From positions 65,410,001 through 65,474,000 of the forward strand of contig OZ024747.1 of assembly GCA_964016885.1 (NCBI GenBank): a stretch of 64,000 nucleotides of DNA, in the 5' to 3' direction. Position 1 is the first letter of the stretch. Each line of letters starts with the position of its first letter. The notes under the pieces are model-generated. The model was not told the origin of the DNA, ran no database searches, and saw only the letters and a program-made list of their open reading frames with translations. Positions 40,621 through 54,362 of the stretch are shown here, piece after piece. The stretch is from Eledone cirrhosa (lineage: Eukaryota). Made by a program: the position numbers and the translations under genes.

Positions 40621-41612
40621 ATGATCCTGTGAAAGCACAGGTGAAACTCCAAAGTCATCATCATCATCATTCGTTGACTACTGTCGAGATGATGGATCTC
40701 ACTCTCATGCCCCAGAATTCCCTGTCCCCCATCGCCGCCCCCAGGTCCTGTCTACTGATTCCCCGTATCCCTAGAGATAATGTCAGGGAATGACAGCTTC
40801 CTACTCACCTTTACCCTTTTTTATATACACACATCATGACTGAAGATTTTGAACACTAACGTGTAGTTTATTCTTTTGACTGCTGATAATCTTATATATA
40901 CACACACATACACACACAGACATTTATATATCTGTAGCTTTGCTTACACAGACACGCATACATACATACACTCACACACAAACATACACACAGACATTTA
41001 TATATCTATAGCTTTGCTTCTATGCTTACACATACACACGAACACACACACACACATTTATATCTGCAGATTTGATTACACACACACATCTGTAGCTTTG
41101 ATTACACCTACATCATACATACATACACACAAACATACATACACACATACATACATACACACATAGATAAACCCACAGACAGACATAAATTTACCATAAG
41201 GAATTCAATATAAGTCATTTATGTCACTATTTAATGTTGTATGTTACTTCAAAACCAGCTGGAACTTATTGAAATGAAAGAAATTCTTGCACTATTACAT
41301 AACTAGAATTTTACATTTGTGTCTTGTTGGTTTCTATATATCTGTGTGTATCAGATTTGTTCATGTTTTTCCCTGTCACATTTAACCATAAACTGGAATA
41401 TTGCTAGAAATGAGTAATATTTACTTCACCAGATTATGTATACGCTATCCTTCTGGTGGCTACATTTAATCTATCCTGCCTTTTACTCCATTTAATCTGT
41501 CCTTGCTCCTGCTACATTTAATCTGTTCTAGGTATTGTTGCCACATTTAAGTTTAGAAATGTTTATGTGTGCAAAAACGAAATTTATAAATGAATGAAAC
41601 CAAGAAATATAT

Positions 41613-41784
41613 TACAGCATTTCCCAGTGTTGAAAACGCAACTTTTTTCCTAAAATAAGTCTCAAAAATCTACCATGTGTCCTGGAAGCTGAAAGTTGTT
41701 TATAATTTTTTTTCAAATTTTTGGTTGTCAAAATTAGGATGCATCCTCGAGGACAAAGCTTCTTCAGCGCTGGGAAATATGGTA
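41613..41784. mobile_element. pogo/Tigger-like MITE
   Basis: TA-flanked TIRs CAGCATTTCCCAGTGTTGAA / TTCAGCGCTGGGAAATATGG. Confidence 0.65.
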
Positions 41785-42399
41785 TTTTCATATGTAGTAA
41801 CATAATAGTAAAAATACTTTCTGTGTGAATTATAAAATATAATATTAGCACTGCCAATCTATGATGAAAGGTTGGAGACAACAAAAAAGTGGGGAGGTCC
41901 CGCCTAACCTACAGTGGATGAGAGAACCTGTCTAATGTTGGTATCATGATTGGATACTCTCAGTATTCCTTGTAAAATGGTTAACAAACAGATATTAGAG
42001 AGGTTCTTCGGGTCTTGTCAAAGACTTGACAGCCTTTCTAGTGTTAGTATCATGATAAAATGCACCCAATGCACTCTGAAACATGATTGGTGATCGAACA
42101 GAGACAATATAGGGCAAACAGACCTCTTCAGTCATGTCGAGTATCTGTCAACCTCTCTAATGCTGGTGCCATAAAATGTACCCTATCCACTTTGTAAAGT
42201 GGTTATCATTAGCAAGGGCATACAACTATAGAAATCATGGTAAGTATAGAATGTATAGACAAGATGTATTTCTTATTTACCATGTTTAGTGGTAGAGGAA
42301 CTGTATAGATATCAGCAGTATTGTAAGTGTAATATAGCTATGAGAGGACGTGTATGAAATATTTGAAAGGGTTGTAACAGTAATATAGCTGGAAGAAGA

Positions 42400-43240
42400 A
42401 GTATATAAGACATTGGAAGTGTTGTAAGTGTAATACAACTGCTGTAAGTGTACTGTAACTGTGAAGGGGTGTAGAGACATTGGCAGTGTCACAGGTGTAG
42501 TGTAACTGGGAGAGGAAGTGTATAGACATTGGCAGTGTTGTAAGTGTAATATAACTGGGAGAGGGAGTAGAAACATTGTAGACATTGTATGTGTAATATA
42601 ACTGGGAGAGGGAGTAGAAATGTAGACATTGTAAGTGTAATATAACTGGGAGAAGGTGTGTAGACATTGTAAGTGTAATATAACTGGGAGAAGGAGTAGA
42701 AATGTTGTAGACATTGTAAGTGTAATATAACTGGGAGAAGGTGTGTAGACATTGTAAGTGTAATATAACTGGGAGAAGGTGTGTAGACATTGTAAGTGTA
42801 ATATAGCTGGGAGAAGGAGTAGAAATGTTGTAGACATTGTAAGTGTAATATAACTGGGAGAAGGTGTGTAGACATTGTAAGTGTAATATAACTGGGAGAA
42901 GGTGTGTAGACATTGTAAGTGTAATATAACTGGGAGAAGGAGTAGAAATGTTGTAGACATTGTAAGTGTAATATAACTGGGAGAAGGTGTGTAGACATTG
43001 TAAGTGTAATATAACTGGGAGAAGGTGTGTAGACATTGTAAGTGTAATATAGCTGGGAGAAGGTGTGTAGACATTGTAAGTGTAATATAACTGGGAGAAG
43101 CAGTAGAAACATTGTAGACATTGTAAGTGTAATATAGCTGGGAGAAGGTGTAGAAATGTTGTAGACATTGTAAGTGTAATATAACTGGGAGAAGGTGTAG
43201 AAACATTATAGACATTGTAAGTGTAATATAACTGGGAGAA
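42400..43240. repeat. 38/47-bp minisatellite with a 123-bp higher-order unit
   Basis: GTAGACATTGTAAGTGTAATATAACTGGGAGAAGG units; accounts for the repetitive ORFs at 42286-43291. Confidence 0.92.
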
Positions 43241-43917
43241 GACCCATAACTCACAATAGAGTTGTAGGGGCACCATCATGATACATGGCATATCACAGGT
43301 ATTTTAAACCTAACAGAGTCCATTCATCTCCTTGTCAGAACACAGCAAATTTCTTCCAGAGAGGGACAGAAAGAAAGAGAAAAAGAGAGGGAGGGAAATT
43401 AACACCAATACTAAACTGGTTCTTTATTTATCAATCTTGAAAATATGAAAGGCAAAGTTAACCTCATTGAGATTTGAACCCACAGTGCAGTGAGCCAGAA
43501 CAATATTCCAAGACAGTTTTAATGTGTTGCTCTAACAATTCTTCCAATTCACCGCATGAAGTGTATATAATGTGATGAAATATGAGTCAGTCAAACTCTG
43601 ACGTTTATTAAAAGAGGAAACATTATTTAGTAGAATGTCTTTATACAATCATAGCTGGTGCTTTAAACCAACAATAAAGACACTGTAAAGTACAAGTATA
43701 CTATGGGCAAGTCTGCTTGTGCACCATGGTGTGTGTGTCTGCGTGAGTGTGTATTCTCATATAATAGGTGCCAACAGGAATGTGTTATTTAAAAGTTTGA
43801 TTCCTAACTATGTAGCTTCAGGCTAAACCAGTTAAGTACCTTCTATTATAGCCTCAACCTGACCGATAACTTCTGGAAGAATTTTGGTCAATGGAAACTA
43901 TGCAGAAGCCCATCATA

Positions 43918-43966
<49 letters not shown>

Positions 43967-45207
43967 ATGAGAGGTAGTGATACTCTGATATAGTATGATT
44001 GAGATGTCAACGGGGTTGCATATTCAACCATATATGAAATGGTCATGTATATAAACATTTTTGTAGCCTCGCTATGAATTTTGACAGCAGTGATGATGCC
44101 ACCACTATTCTTAGCAACCAAGGGAGAGCACCCAGGAGGTACTGTTTCTAGTTCATTGACCCTCATCAGATTGGCTTACTTTTTTGGGATGCTAAGATGA
44201 AATAAGCTAAAAGCTTACATTTTTCTGCTTACGAACATTGGCTGATGAAGCTCATTTGCATACAGAGCAAAATCTGGTGAACTCCAATTAATGAAAGGTA
44301 CTGATGCTCTGACATAGCATGTTTCTGACGAGACTAGGGTTGTATATTGAATCATGAAATGTTCATAAAAATAAACATTTTTGTAACCTTGTTATTGAAT
44401 TTTGAAAGCAGTGATTATGCTATTGTTATTCTAACAAACCAAGGGAGAGCTTATTTCATCATAGCATCCAAGAGGAGCAAGCCGCTCTGACAATGGTTAA
44501 TGAATCAGAAATGGTACCATTTTGGTGTTGTCACTTGGTTGCTAAGAATAGCGAGGTTACAAAAATTTGATTCCTAACCACTTTATAGTAGTAGTAAAAT
44601 AATCCACACTATACTCAGCAATACAGAGTGCTCTTTCTTTCTTTCATTCATTCCATCAACATATATGTGTGTGTGTGTGTGTGTGTCTGTGTGTCTGTGT
44701 GTGTCTGTGTGTGTGTGTTTGTGTGTGTGTGAAGATTTAGTGTAAAATAAAGGTATTATCATTGTTATAATTTTTTATCTACTTTTTCTATGCTGGCAAT
44801 GGTTTGCAGCTGGATGTTGTTCCTGCACTTTTAGTCACCTCATGTGACATGTAGGAATATAGTGTACATATTCTAAAAACCAGGATATACATAGCATAAA
44901 TGTGTGTGGGTGAATAGAAAAATTCAATGAGTTTATATATAAATTACAACTTAGTGAAAAATTAAGCAAATTTTTAGAATCATTAGTTTCTTGTGGAACG
45001 TTCTAGTCATAAATTTCTTTCACTTAAATGGAACTCACACTTATAGAATTGGTATCAAACCAATTTCAGTTAACTCTCATCAAAGTGGTAGTAGTAGTAG
45101 TAGTAGTGGTAGTGGTAGTGGTGGTGGTGGTGGTGGTGGTGATGGTGGTGGTGGTGGTGGTGGTGGTGGTGGTAGTAGTAGTAGTAGTTGTAGTAGTAGT
45201 AGTAGTT

Positions 45208-45246
<39 letters not shown>

Positions 45247-45524
45247 AAATAACTTTTAGAAAGCTCAATAGATATTTTGGTAAAAGTGTGCGGTGTCAGC
45301 AAATTTGATTCTACATTCAGTTAGATACATAAAAACTGAAAATGAGAAATGAGGATTTTAAATTCTTTAAAAAATATGTAAATATTATAAATTTGAATAT
45401 ATTCTTTTTACAAAATCCTAATTCAGAATATGGTAAGTAAACTAAAAATCCATATGTGTACATGTAAAGTTATATCACAGTGTGTTGATATTTTTATGGA
45501 TGTGTTTCAGTGTATTTATATGTA

Positions 45525-45569
<45 letters not shown>

Positions 45570-45686
45570 TCTTGGGTGCAGTTATGAATCTAATAACCAA
45601 AATCTCTTTATACATTTATACATTTACAAGAATGAATACATTGATATATATATATATATATAAATTTATATATATATATATGCATA

Positions 45687-45755
<69 letters not shown>

Positions 45756-45789
45756 TACACAGGTGTGTATGATGTGTATAGAAGATTAT

Positions 45790-46150
45790 ATTAATAAAAG
45801 GAATTCCAACTTTATCTGATTTACTTGTTTTATTTACAATCCTTTAAAATTATAATGATATTATAATGAAATAGTATGGTAGAATATTAAATGTTAAGTG
45901 TTAATTAAACAAGTACTTTCATGCTTCCGCAATCTTCAGGTTCACATTCAGTGGTGACAATCGAAAATTGCAAACTTGACTGTCACCACTGAATTTGAAC
46001 CTGAAGATTGCGGAAGCATGAAAGTACTTGTTTAATTAACACTTGACATTTAATATTCTACCATACTATTTCATTATAATATCATTATAATTTTAAAGGA
46101 TTGTAAATAAAACAAGTAAATCAGACAAAGTTGGAATTCTTTTTATTAAT
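45790..46150. mobile_element. pLTR-like hairpin (170-bp arms, 21-nt loop) with hammerhead at 45995-46035 (+)
   Basis: Near-perfect inverted repeat; TTGAAC-CTGAAGA-TTGC/GCAT-GAAA-GTAC-TT-GTTTAA. Confidence 0.75.
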
Positions 46151-47209
46151 CTATATATATAAAACTGTGGTTGTCTGTCTGTCTATCGATTTTTGGCACA
46201 CATCTCCTCTTAGAATCTCTCACGGAATTGCACCGAAATTGCTATACTTGTACATTGAGCCCTAGCGAAGACATCGGAAAAAAATATTTCAAATTGGCCC
46301 ACCCTATGTGACGAAATCGAATATAATGTATCGATTTTTGAGCGTAAGTTATCAGTTATTTCCCTTTGTTCTGTTTACATTGAGCGTCTTACGTAAAAAA
46401 ATTACACTGGCTTTCTCAGCGTTTAAAATGACATTAACACAATACACGAACAGTTGTCGAGCCAGCAAAATATTGACCTGCAAAATTCATCAGTTCGAAC
46501 ACTAAGCTTCCGTTTTGCTTCATTTCCATTTAAAAGCATTTTAAAACAATATTTTTACCTGCAAAATTCATCAGTTCGAACACTAAGCTTCCGTTTTGCT
46601 TCATTTCCATTTAAAAGCATTTTAAAACAATATTTTTACTTGAAAACAAGTCTATTTAAAGACTACGTAAAACAAGCAAATATTTCGTCGTTAGGCGTGC
46701 AGACAGACAGTCGTGCAGACAGACAGTCGTGCAGACAGACAGTCGTGCAGACAGACAGTCGTGCAGAGAGGTGATATAGGCGTGCAGACAGACAGTCGTG
46801 CAGAGAGGTGATATAGGCGTGCAGACAGACAGTCGTGCAGAGAGGTGATATAGGCGTGCAGACAGACAGTCGTGCAGAGAGGTGATATAGGCGTGCAGAC
46901 AGACATAACTGATAATTTGGTTACGCTAATGTTTTTCTCTGCGTTGCAGTGTTTACATTTTCGATCTTTGTTAATAAATAACCAGTGCAGTTTCTATCCC
47001 CAGCATCCTCTTTTGTTATAACATTCGGGTTATCGTTATGTTTTCTTAACTTCATAAGGCATATTGTTGGTTGAGGGAATATTAATCAAAAACACCACAT
47101 GCAAGTCTGCACAGTAGACACTACAGTTTTTAAGCCAAGAAAGAAACTTAACATTGTAACTTTAACACAGCTACTGAGCGACCCCGAGCAACGCCGGGCT
47201 TTACTGCTA

Positions 47210-47210
<1 letters not shown>
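46150..47210 (+). mobile_element. Non-autonomous Helitron
   Basis: A|TCTATATATATAAAA 5' end; 3' GC hairpin CCCG..CGGG followed by CTAG|T; internal 81-bp duplication and GTGCAGACAGACAGTC minisatellite. Confidence 0.85.
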
Positions 47211-47271
<61 letters not shown>

Positions 47272-47280
47272 TATATATAC

Positions 47281-47447
<167 letters not shown>

Positions 47448-47448
47448 A

Positions 47449-48332
47449 TCTAACTGTCAAAACTAATGTAGGTAGGAAATTCCTTGAACTATTAGACAAA
47501 CATTTTCCTCCTATTCATAGATATTATAAGATTTTTAATAGGAATGTAGTTAAGATCAGCTACTCTTGTTGCCCATCCATGAAGTCCAAAATCACCAGTT
47601 CAAACCGTACGAGGATAAATCCAGGATGCAGTTGCAGGAAGCCGGATGAATGCCCATTGCAGGGTAAATGTAACACAAAATCTGTCGTTTATGAGGCTAA
47701 GATAACGCCAGTTATCAACAACCAGCCAGCCAGGAGTGAGCGATATGTCGGTATGACCCAGGACAGGTTTAAAACCAGATTTTACTCACATGTCGCTTCT
47801 TTTAAGCACTCTGATAAACGAACATCAACGGCCCTCGCAAGTAAGGTATGGGATCTCAAGGATAGTAACATCCCGTACTCTATTGATTGGTCTATATTAG
47901 ACCATTCGAGGGAGTACCAAAAGGGGCACAAAGAATTGTTCTTTGTGCACCACAGAAAAGTATAGGATTTTGCTAAACTTGAGAGCCGCTTCCGCTTGCC
48001 TTAACTCAAAGACTGAGATCTTCAGATGCTGTCCTCATCTGAAATCGCATCTGATCTGTAACTGGATTGACACTCCTATGAGAAATCAACCGCCTTGAAC
48101 TCCTTCTCTGCTCTTTACTTTTGCTACGGTTTTTATTTTGCTGACTCTACCTTCTGTACTCTTGTATATTTAAAAAAAATTTTCTCCCTTACCTCCCCTT
48201 ATATTTTACCTTCTCTTATGCCCCCCCCCCATATATTCTTTTTGTTTTGCCCTTCACATACCTATGTGTATGTGTATGTATTTTTGTGTGTATATATATA
48301 TGTGTATGTATATATATATGTATGTATATATT

Positions 48333-48386
<54 letters not shown>

Positions 48387-48960
48387 GTAGGAGGTCAGTT
48401 TTATATATATATACATTATCTTCCAACGGTTCTCAACCTCTCTATGTAAAACAATATATCTTTTTCTCAGTTATAAAAACTATCTCTTTCTCTCTATCAC
48501 CCATCTCTCCCTCTCCACCTTCACTCTTATCTCCTCCCCCTGTTTTCATCCTTTCCACCACCACCCTCTCTAAATAAAATATTTTTCCTCGCACATATCC
48601 TCCCTTCGTTAATTTTCAAATTTTTTTAATTTATACATTATCTTCCAACGGTTTTCAACCTCTCTATGTAAAACAATATATCTCCTCTCAGTTATAAAAA
48701 CTATCTCTTTCTTTCTATCACCCATCTCTCCCTCTCATCTCCTCCCCCCCTCTCTAAATAAAATATTTTTCCCAATATCACACATCAATCTAAAACCACT
48801 TTTCATATGTTGATTTAAAACTGCACTATCCACAAGTGTTTTTTAGCCTTCATATCATGTTCTCCTGTTTTATCTGATGAAAACACAAATGCATGATGAT
48901 GTTTGTTTTTGAAATGCGCATAATAAAATACATGGAACTCCTTTAACCATCTTTTGATCT
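47449..48960 (+). mobile_element. Penelope-like 3' fragment (GIY-YIG, 3'UTR/pLTR)
   Basis: CSCRKPDECPLQGKC..VVYEA...YVGMT..FKTR motifs; frameshifted; duplicated UTR block; terminal hammerhead. Confidence 0.9.
48868..48928 (+). ncRNA. Minimal hammerhead ribozyme
   Basis: TTTTAT-CTGATGA-AAACA..TGTTTTT-GAAA-TGCGCA-TA-ATAAAA; palindromic stem III. Confidence 0.8.
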
Positions 48961-49049
<89 letters not shown>

Positions 49050-49123
49050 CGTGTGTGTATTGTGTATATAATTGTATATTTGTGTGTGTATATGTATGTA
49101 TATGTGGATAAACCAGGCTTTTT

Positions 49124-49181
49124 TTCATTCTGAAGATTGAAGGAAACTTTTTTTGCTTTTAAGAAACCTCTGGTGAATGGA
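49124..49181 (+). ncRNA. Hammerhead, degenerate copy (GUG at the cleavage triplet)
   Basis: TTCATT-CTGAAGA...GAAA-CCTCTGG-TG-AATGGA; direct repeat of 50458-50515. Confidence 0.6.
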
Positions 49182-49332
49182 TTAATTGCCTTGTATGGCT
49201 TTATTACTTTACTACTATATATACGTTTATGTAAGGTTCATTTGTCTTATCTAATACTGAGCTTTACACATACACACATGTATATGTGTGTGTGTATGTG
49301 TATGCATGTGTGTATGTGTACGTGTATGTGTG

Positions 49333-49441
<109 letters not shown>

Positions 49442-50069
49442 GTGTGTATGTGTATGTATGTATATGTGTGCGTGTGTATTTATTTATTTTTATGTATGTG
49501 TGGGTGGGTGTGTGTGTGTGTGTGTTTGTATTTGGTTGTGCGTGCTTTTGATATATACGTATTTGCATGTGTATAATTGTTTAGCTATGTATGTATATGT
49601 GTGTTTACGTATTTATGTGTGTGCGTTTATATTTTTATATTTTTGTATGTATATATATATTTATATATATATGTGTGTGTGTGTGTATATAATTACATAT
49701 ACATGTGTGTGTTTATATTATATACGTGTACGTGTTTGTGTATGTATGTGTATGTACGTGTTTATGTATTTGTATATGTATATTTATGTGTGAGAGTGTG
49801 TGTATGTGTTTACTATTTCGTACGTATGTATATGTGCTTATGTGTGTATTACTTACCACGCGTGTCTGTCCTGTTAGCTGGGGCATGTATCGCTGTCAAA
49901 AATTTGTTAATATATATTTATATATTTTTTTCTTATATTTATTTGCGTGTGTGAATATGTAGTGGAGTGCATTCATGTATGTGTATGTATGTACGTTGTA
50001 TGTTTGTGTGAATGTATGTATGTATATATGTATATGTGTGTGTGTATGTGTATGCTTGTACACACACAC

Positions 50070-50142
<73 letters not shown>

Positions 50143-50457
50143 TGTATGTGTATGTGTGTATGTGTGTGTGTGTGTGTATGTATGAATGTATGTATGTGTA
50201 TATGTGTGTATATATGTGTATGTGTGTGTAGGTGTACGTTTTATATATATATATATGTGTATATGTATATGTGTATGCGTACATTTATATATATGTATAT
50301 ATGTATGTGTGTAAGTATGCTTTTGTGTTTTTTTGTGTGTGTGTTTGCATGTGTAGTTTTATTTTATTTTTCCTTTCCTTCTCCCTTTTCCAGCCTCACT
50401 TTCATATAGATTGCATTTTTGTTTTAGAATCCATATTCAATAAACAAACCAGGATTT

Positions 50458-50515
50458 TTCATTCTGAGGATTGAAAGCAAAACCTTTTGCTTTTAAGAAA
50501 CCACTGGTAAATGGA
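50458..50515 (+). ncRNA. Well-formed type I hammerhead ribozyme
   Basis: TTCATT-CTGAGGA-TTGAAAGCAAAA/TTTTGCTTTTAA-GAAA-CC-ACT-GG-TA-AATGGA; all three stems pair; GUA site. Confidence 0.85.
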
Positions 50516-50619
50516 ATAATTGCCTTATGTTGTTTATTACATAATAATAATAATTAAGCTCTGTTGCCTACATAGAGCACTCTTTTTTCCTGGACTTTTC
50601 CGATGGAATTACTTCATTA

Positions 50620-51215
<596 letters not shown>

Positions 51216-51583
51216 ATATACGATATTAATAAATGGAAACTATATTTATCAAACCATATTTATTTCATTATACATATTTCAGGGATACCAAATTAAATTA
51301 TGGTATGCCTTCATCAGACAAAATACAATATATAACTGTTTTACAAATAAGCTTTGACGTACCCTTTTAAAATGCAACCATTATTTTTGGAAGCTATCCG
51401 GATGGCTTCCAAAAATAATGGTTGCATTTTAAAAGGGTACGTCAAAGCTTATTTGTAAAACTGTTATATATTGTATTTTGTCTGATGAAGGCATACCATA
51501 ATTTAATTTGGTATCCCTGAAATATGTATAATGAAATAAATATGGTTTTATAAATATAGTTTCCATTTATTAATATCGTATAT
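51216..51583. mobile_element. Loop-less 368-bp palindrome of a pLTR-like sequence
   Basis: Centre at 51399/51400; CTGATGA...GAAA core at 51482-51522; tail 51584-51670; (TA)n flanks. Confidence 0.75.
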
Positions 51584-51707
51584 CTACTCCAAATACTTGT
51601 CGAGTGCTTTATATCAGTTATAAAAATATTTACTTGCTGTATCCCAACAATTTTAAATAGAACTTTTGCATATATATATAATATATATATATATATATAA
51701 TATATAT

Positions 51708-51739
<32 letters not shown>

Positions 51740-51766
51740 ATATATATATATATATATAATATATAT

Positions 51767-51872
<106 letters not shown>

Positions 51873-52387
51873 AACAAGTAGGACCCCGACGGCTGAGCTC
51901 AAGCCGTTTCGACGGCTATTTCAGGACTAAATGAAAATTTTTATCCTGGTAAATGAATAGCCGAGCTTCTCAGGGAGTAATATTCCATATATGGTAAAAT
52001 TGATTGTCACAAGGATTAGTCAAAAGTTTGTTGTTGAGACACATAATTCTATCATGGCATTTTGTGGAAGGAAGGGGTAGCTGAACTTGCCAGTAGAAGA
52101 AAGAGGGAGAGGGAGTGGAGGAAACCCAGTGCGTTGAAAGTGACAACTACAGTAGAATCCTAAGGATAAGAGGTCAAGAGGGGGAGGGGGGAGTCGAAAC
52201 AATAAGTGGATCTATATCGATTAAATCTATATAGAAAAATAAGAATGTTAAAAATATAAAAACACAATTTCTGCTTACTATTCCCCTACCACAATCATCA
52301 AATCTCTCACTGGTACTGCTAAACTATAGATAAGTTTAATAGGTGGGGCGGGATACTAAATACGAGATTGTAGTGATTATATATATA

Positions 52388-52744
52388 TGACACACGACTG
52401 TGACCTCTGGCGTCACGCAGTAACACAGAGTACCCAACCTCCCATGGGTACAAGCTGAAGCATATAGACAATATGCCCCCACACCCTCCCACTGCAAAGT
52501 GGTCATGGAGGAGCCACGGCAAAAAAGCACCCAGCCCACACTGTAAAGTGGACGTGTAGGCGCCACGGAAAAAGCACCCAGCACTCACTGTAAATGAGGT
52601 TGGTGTTAGGAAGGGCATCCAGCTGTAGAAATCAAGCCAAAATCAGTTCCTGTATGAGCAAAGCATGGTCAGCCGACCAGACACTGCCCACAACGGGACA
52701 ACCCGTCTAACCCATGCTAGCATGGAAGAACGGACGTAAAACGG

Positions 52745-52843
<99 letters not shown>

Positions 52844-53255
52844 TATATATATATTCATATATATGTATATATATATATATTTATATATATGTATATAAGT
52901 ATATATGCATCATCATTATTTTACATCCGCTTTTCCCTGCTTGCAAGGGTGGGACAGGCCTCTTCAGCACAGTATCTCTCCATTCATCACAGTCCTTCAT
53001 CATCTCCTGTGAGCTTCACCAATCTAAGGTCAGCTCTCACCATCTCTGCCCATGTTTTCTGTGGTCTTCCTCTACTGTGTCTTCCTCCTACCAAAAGTAC
53101 TCACTGTAAATGAGGTTGGCATTAGGAATGGCATCCAGCTGTGGAAACCAAGCCAATATCAGTTTTGTATGAGCAAGATATGGTCATCTGATTTGGCATT
53201 GCCCACAACAGGACAACTCATCTAACCCAAACATAAAACAGTGATGATGATGATG
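52388..53255. mobile_element. Cluster of RTE 3' ends (52388-52785 +, 52910-53090 -, 53095-53255 +)
   Basis: Homology to the other RTE termini; (GAT)n tails. Confidence 0.85.
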
Positions 53256-54108
53256 GTATATATATATATGGTAACAATATTACACAATATTATACAAGGC
53301 TATCAGCTGGTTTCATACTGGAAGCAGGTTAATTTACTGGAGTTAATATCCATCTAAATCTGATCAGTAGTTCTCAGGCCTTGATCCCTTGATATTCTGA
53401 ATATTACTGAGCAGATGTAGAGATATATTATCAGTTGCATCAATGAAATGAACATAAAAAATACATATATATATACACACACACACATATGTATCATCAA
53501 CATCTTCATCATTGTCGTTTTAATATCTGCTTTTCCTGCTAGCAAGGGTTGGATGGGTCTATGTAGACTACGTCCATACTGAAGTGCAACCACTGATCTC
53601 CCAAGCAAGCCAAGGACCTGTGTCTCGCTTATATACAGTCACACATTCCATCTCAGGAGAGGTTGTCATGACTTTGACACAACTGAGGGTCCTTCCAAGC
53701 TTTTGCTTGGCAGTTTTTCTATGGTTGGATGCCCTTCCTATTATCAACAACTTTACAGTGTGTACTGGATACGTTTATCATGTAAAGTACCAACACTAGG
53801 GAGGTTGCCATTAGCTTGACACAAATGGAGGGTCCTCTCCACCCTATATATATATATATATATATATTGAAGTGCTGTTTGAGTCTGGGAGGTTGTCTTA
53901 GTCTTGCCATCTAAGAGCTAAAGGTTATGATATTCAATTGCAAGTTGAAAAATGTATATGAGGGAAAGATGGCAATATCCCTAAGAAACCAGTGACATTG
54001 AGCAAGGGCATTTATATTTCTTCTGTTTTAGTTTCACTTACAGTTCTCTATCACATGAGTACCAACAAAGAAATAATTTTATAATTCTAGAAGAGTAAAG
54101 TAACTTAC

Positions 54109-54280
54109 CCATTAGGATCTTTATCAAACTGGTACAATAAAGGGTAAGAGCCTTCGTTACAAATTACAAATGTTTTATAAGCCGAGTTCTTCAGGTGAAC
54201 GGAAGGGAATCTTAATGTGGCTGAATCTTGGAGTGAATACTGGGGAATAAAATTTCGGTGTTGGACAGGGAAAGTGTTGC
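54109..54280 (-). CDS. CFAP65: CFAP65-like exon B (NTFPVQHRNFIPQYSLQDSATLRFPSVHLKNSAYKTFVICNEGSYPLLYQFDKDPN/G)
   Basis: tttcag acceptor and gtaagt donor; 172 nt, phase 1 to 2; IPQYSL motif as recalled from CFAP65. Confidence 0.9.
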
Positions 54281-54330
54281 CTGAAATTTAAGCCAAAAAA
54301 GAAAAATAAAGAATGAAAATAATCCTATCA

Positions 54331-54362
<32 letters not shown>

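Noticed and set aside
42286-43291. ORFs of 210-322 aa
   Set aside because: Minisatellite translations open in all three frames.
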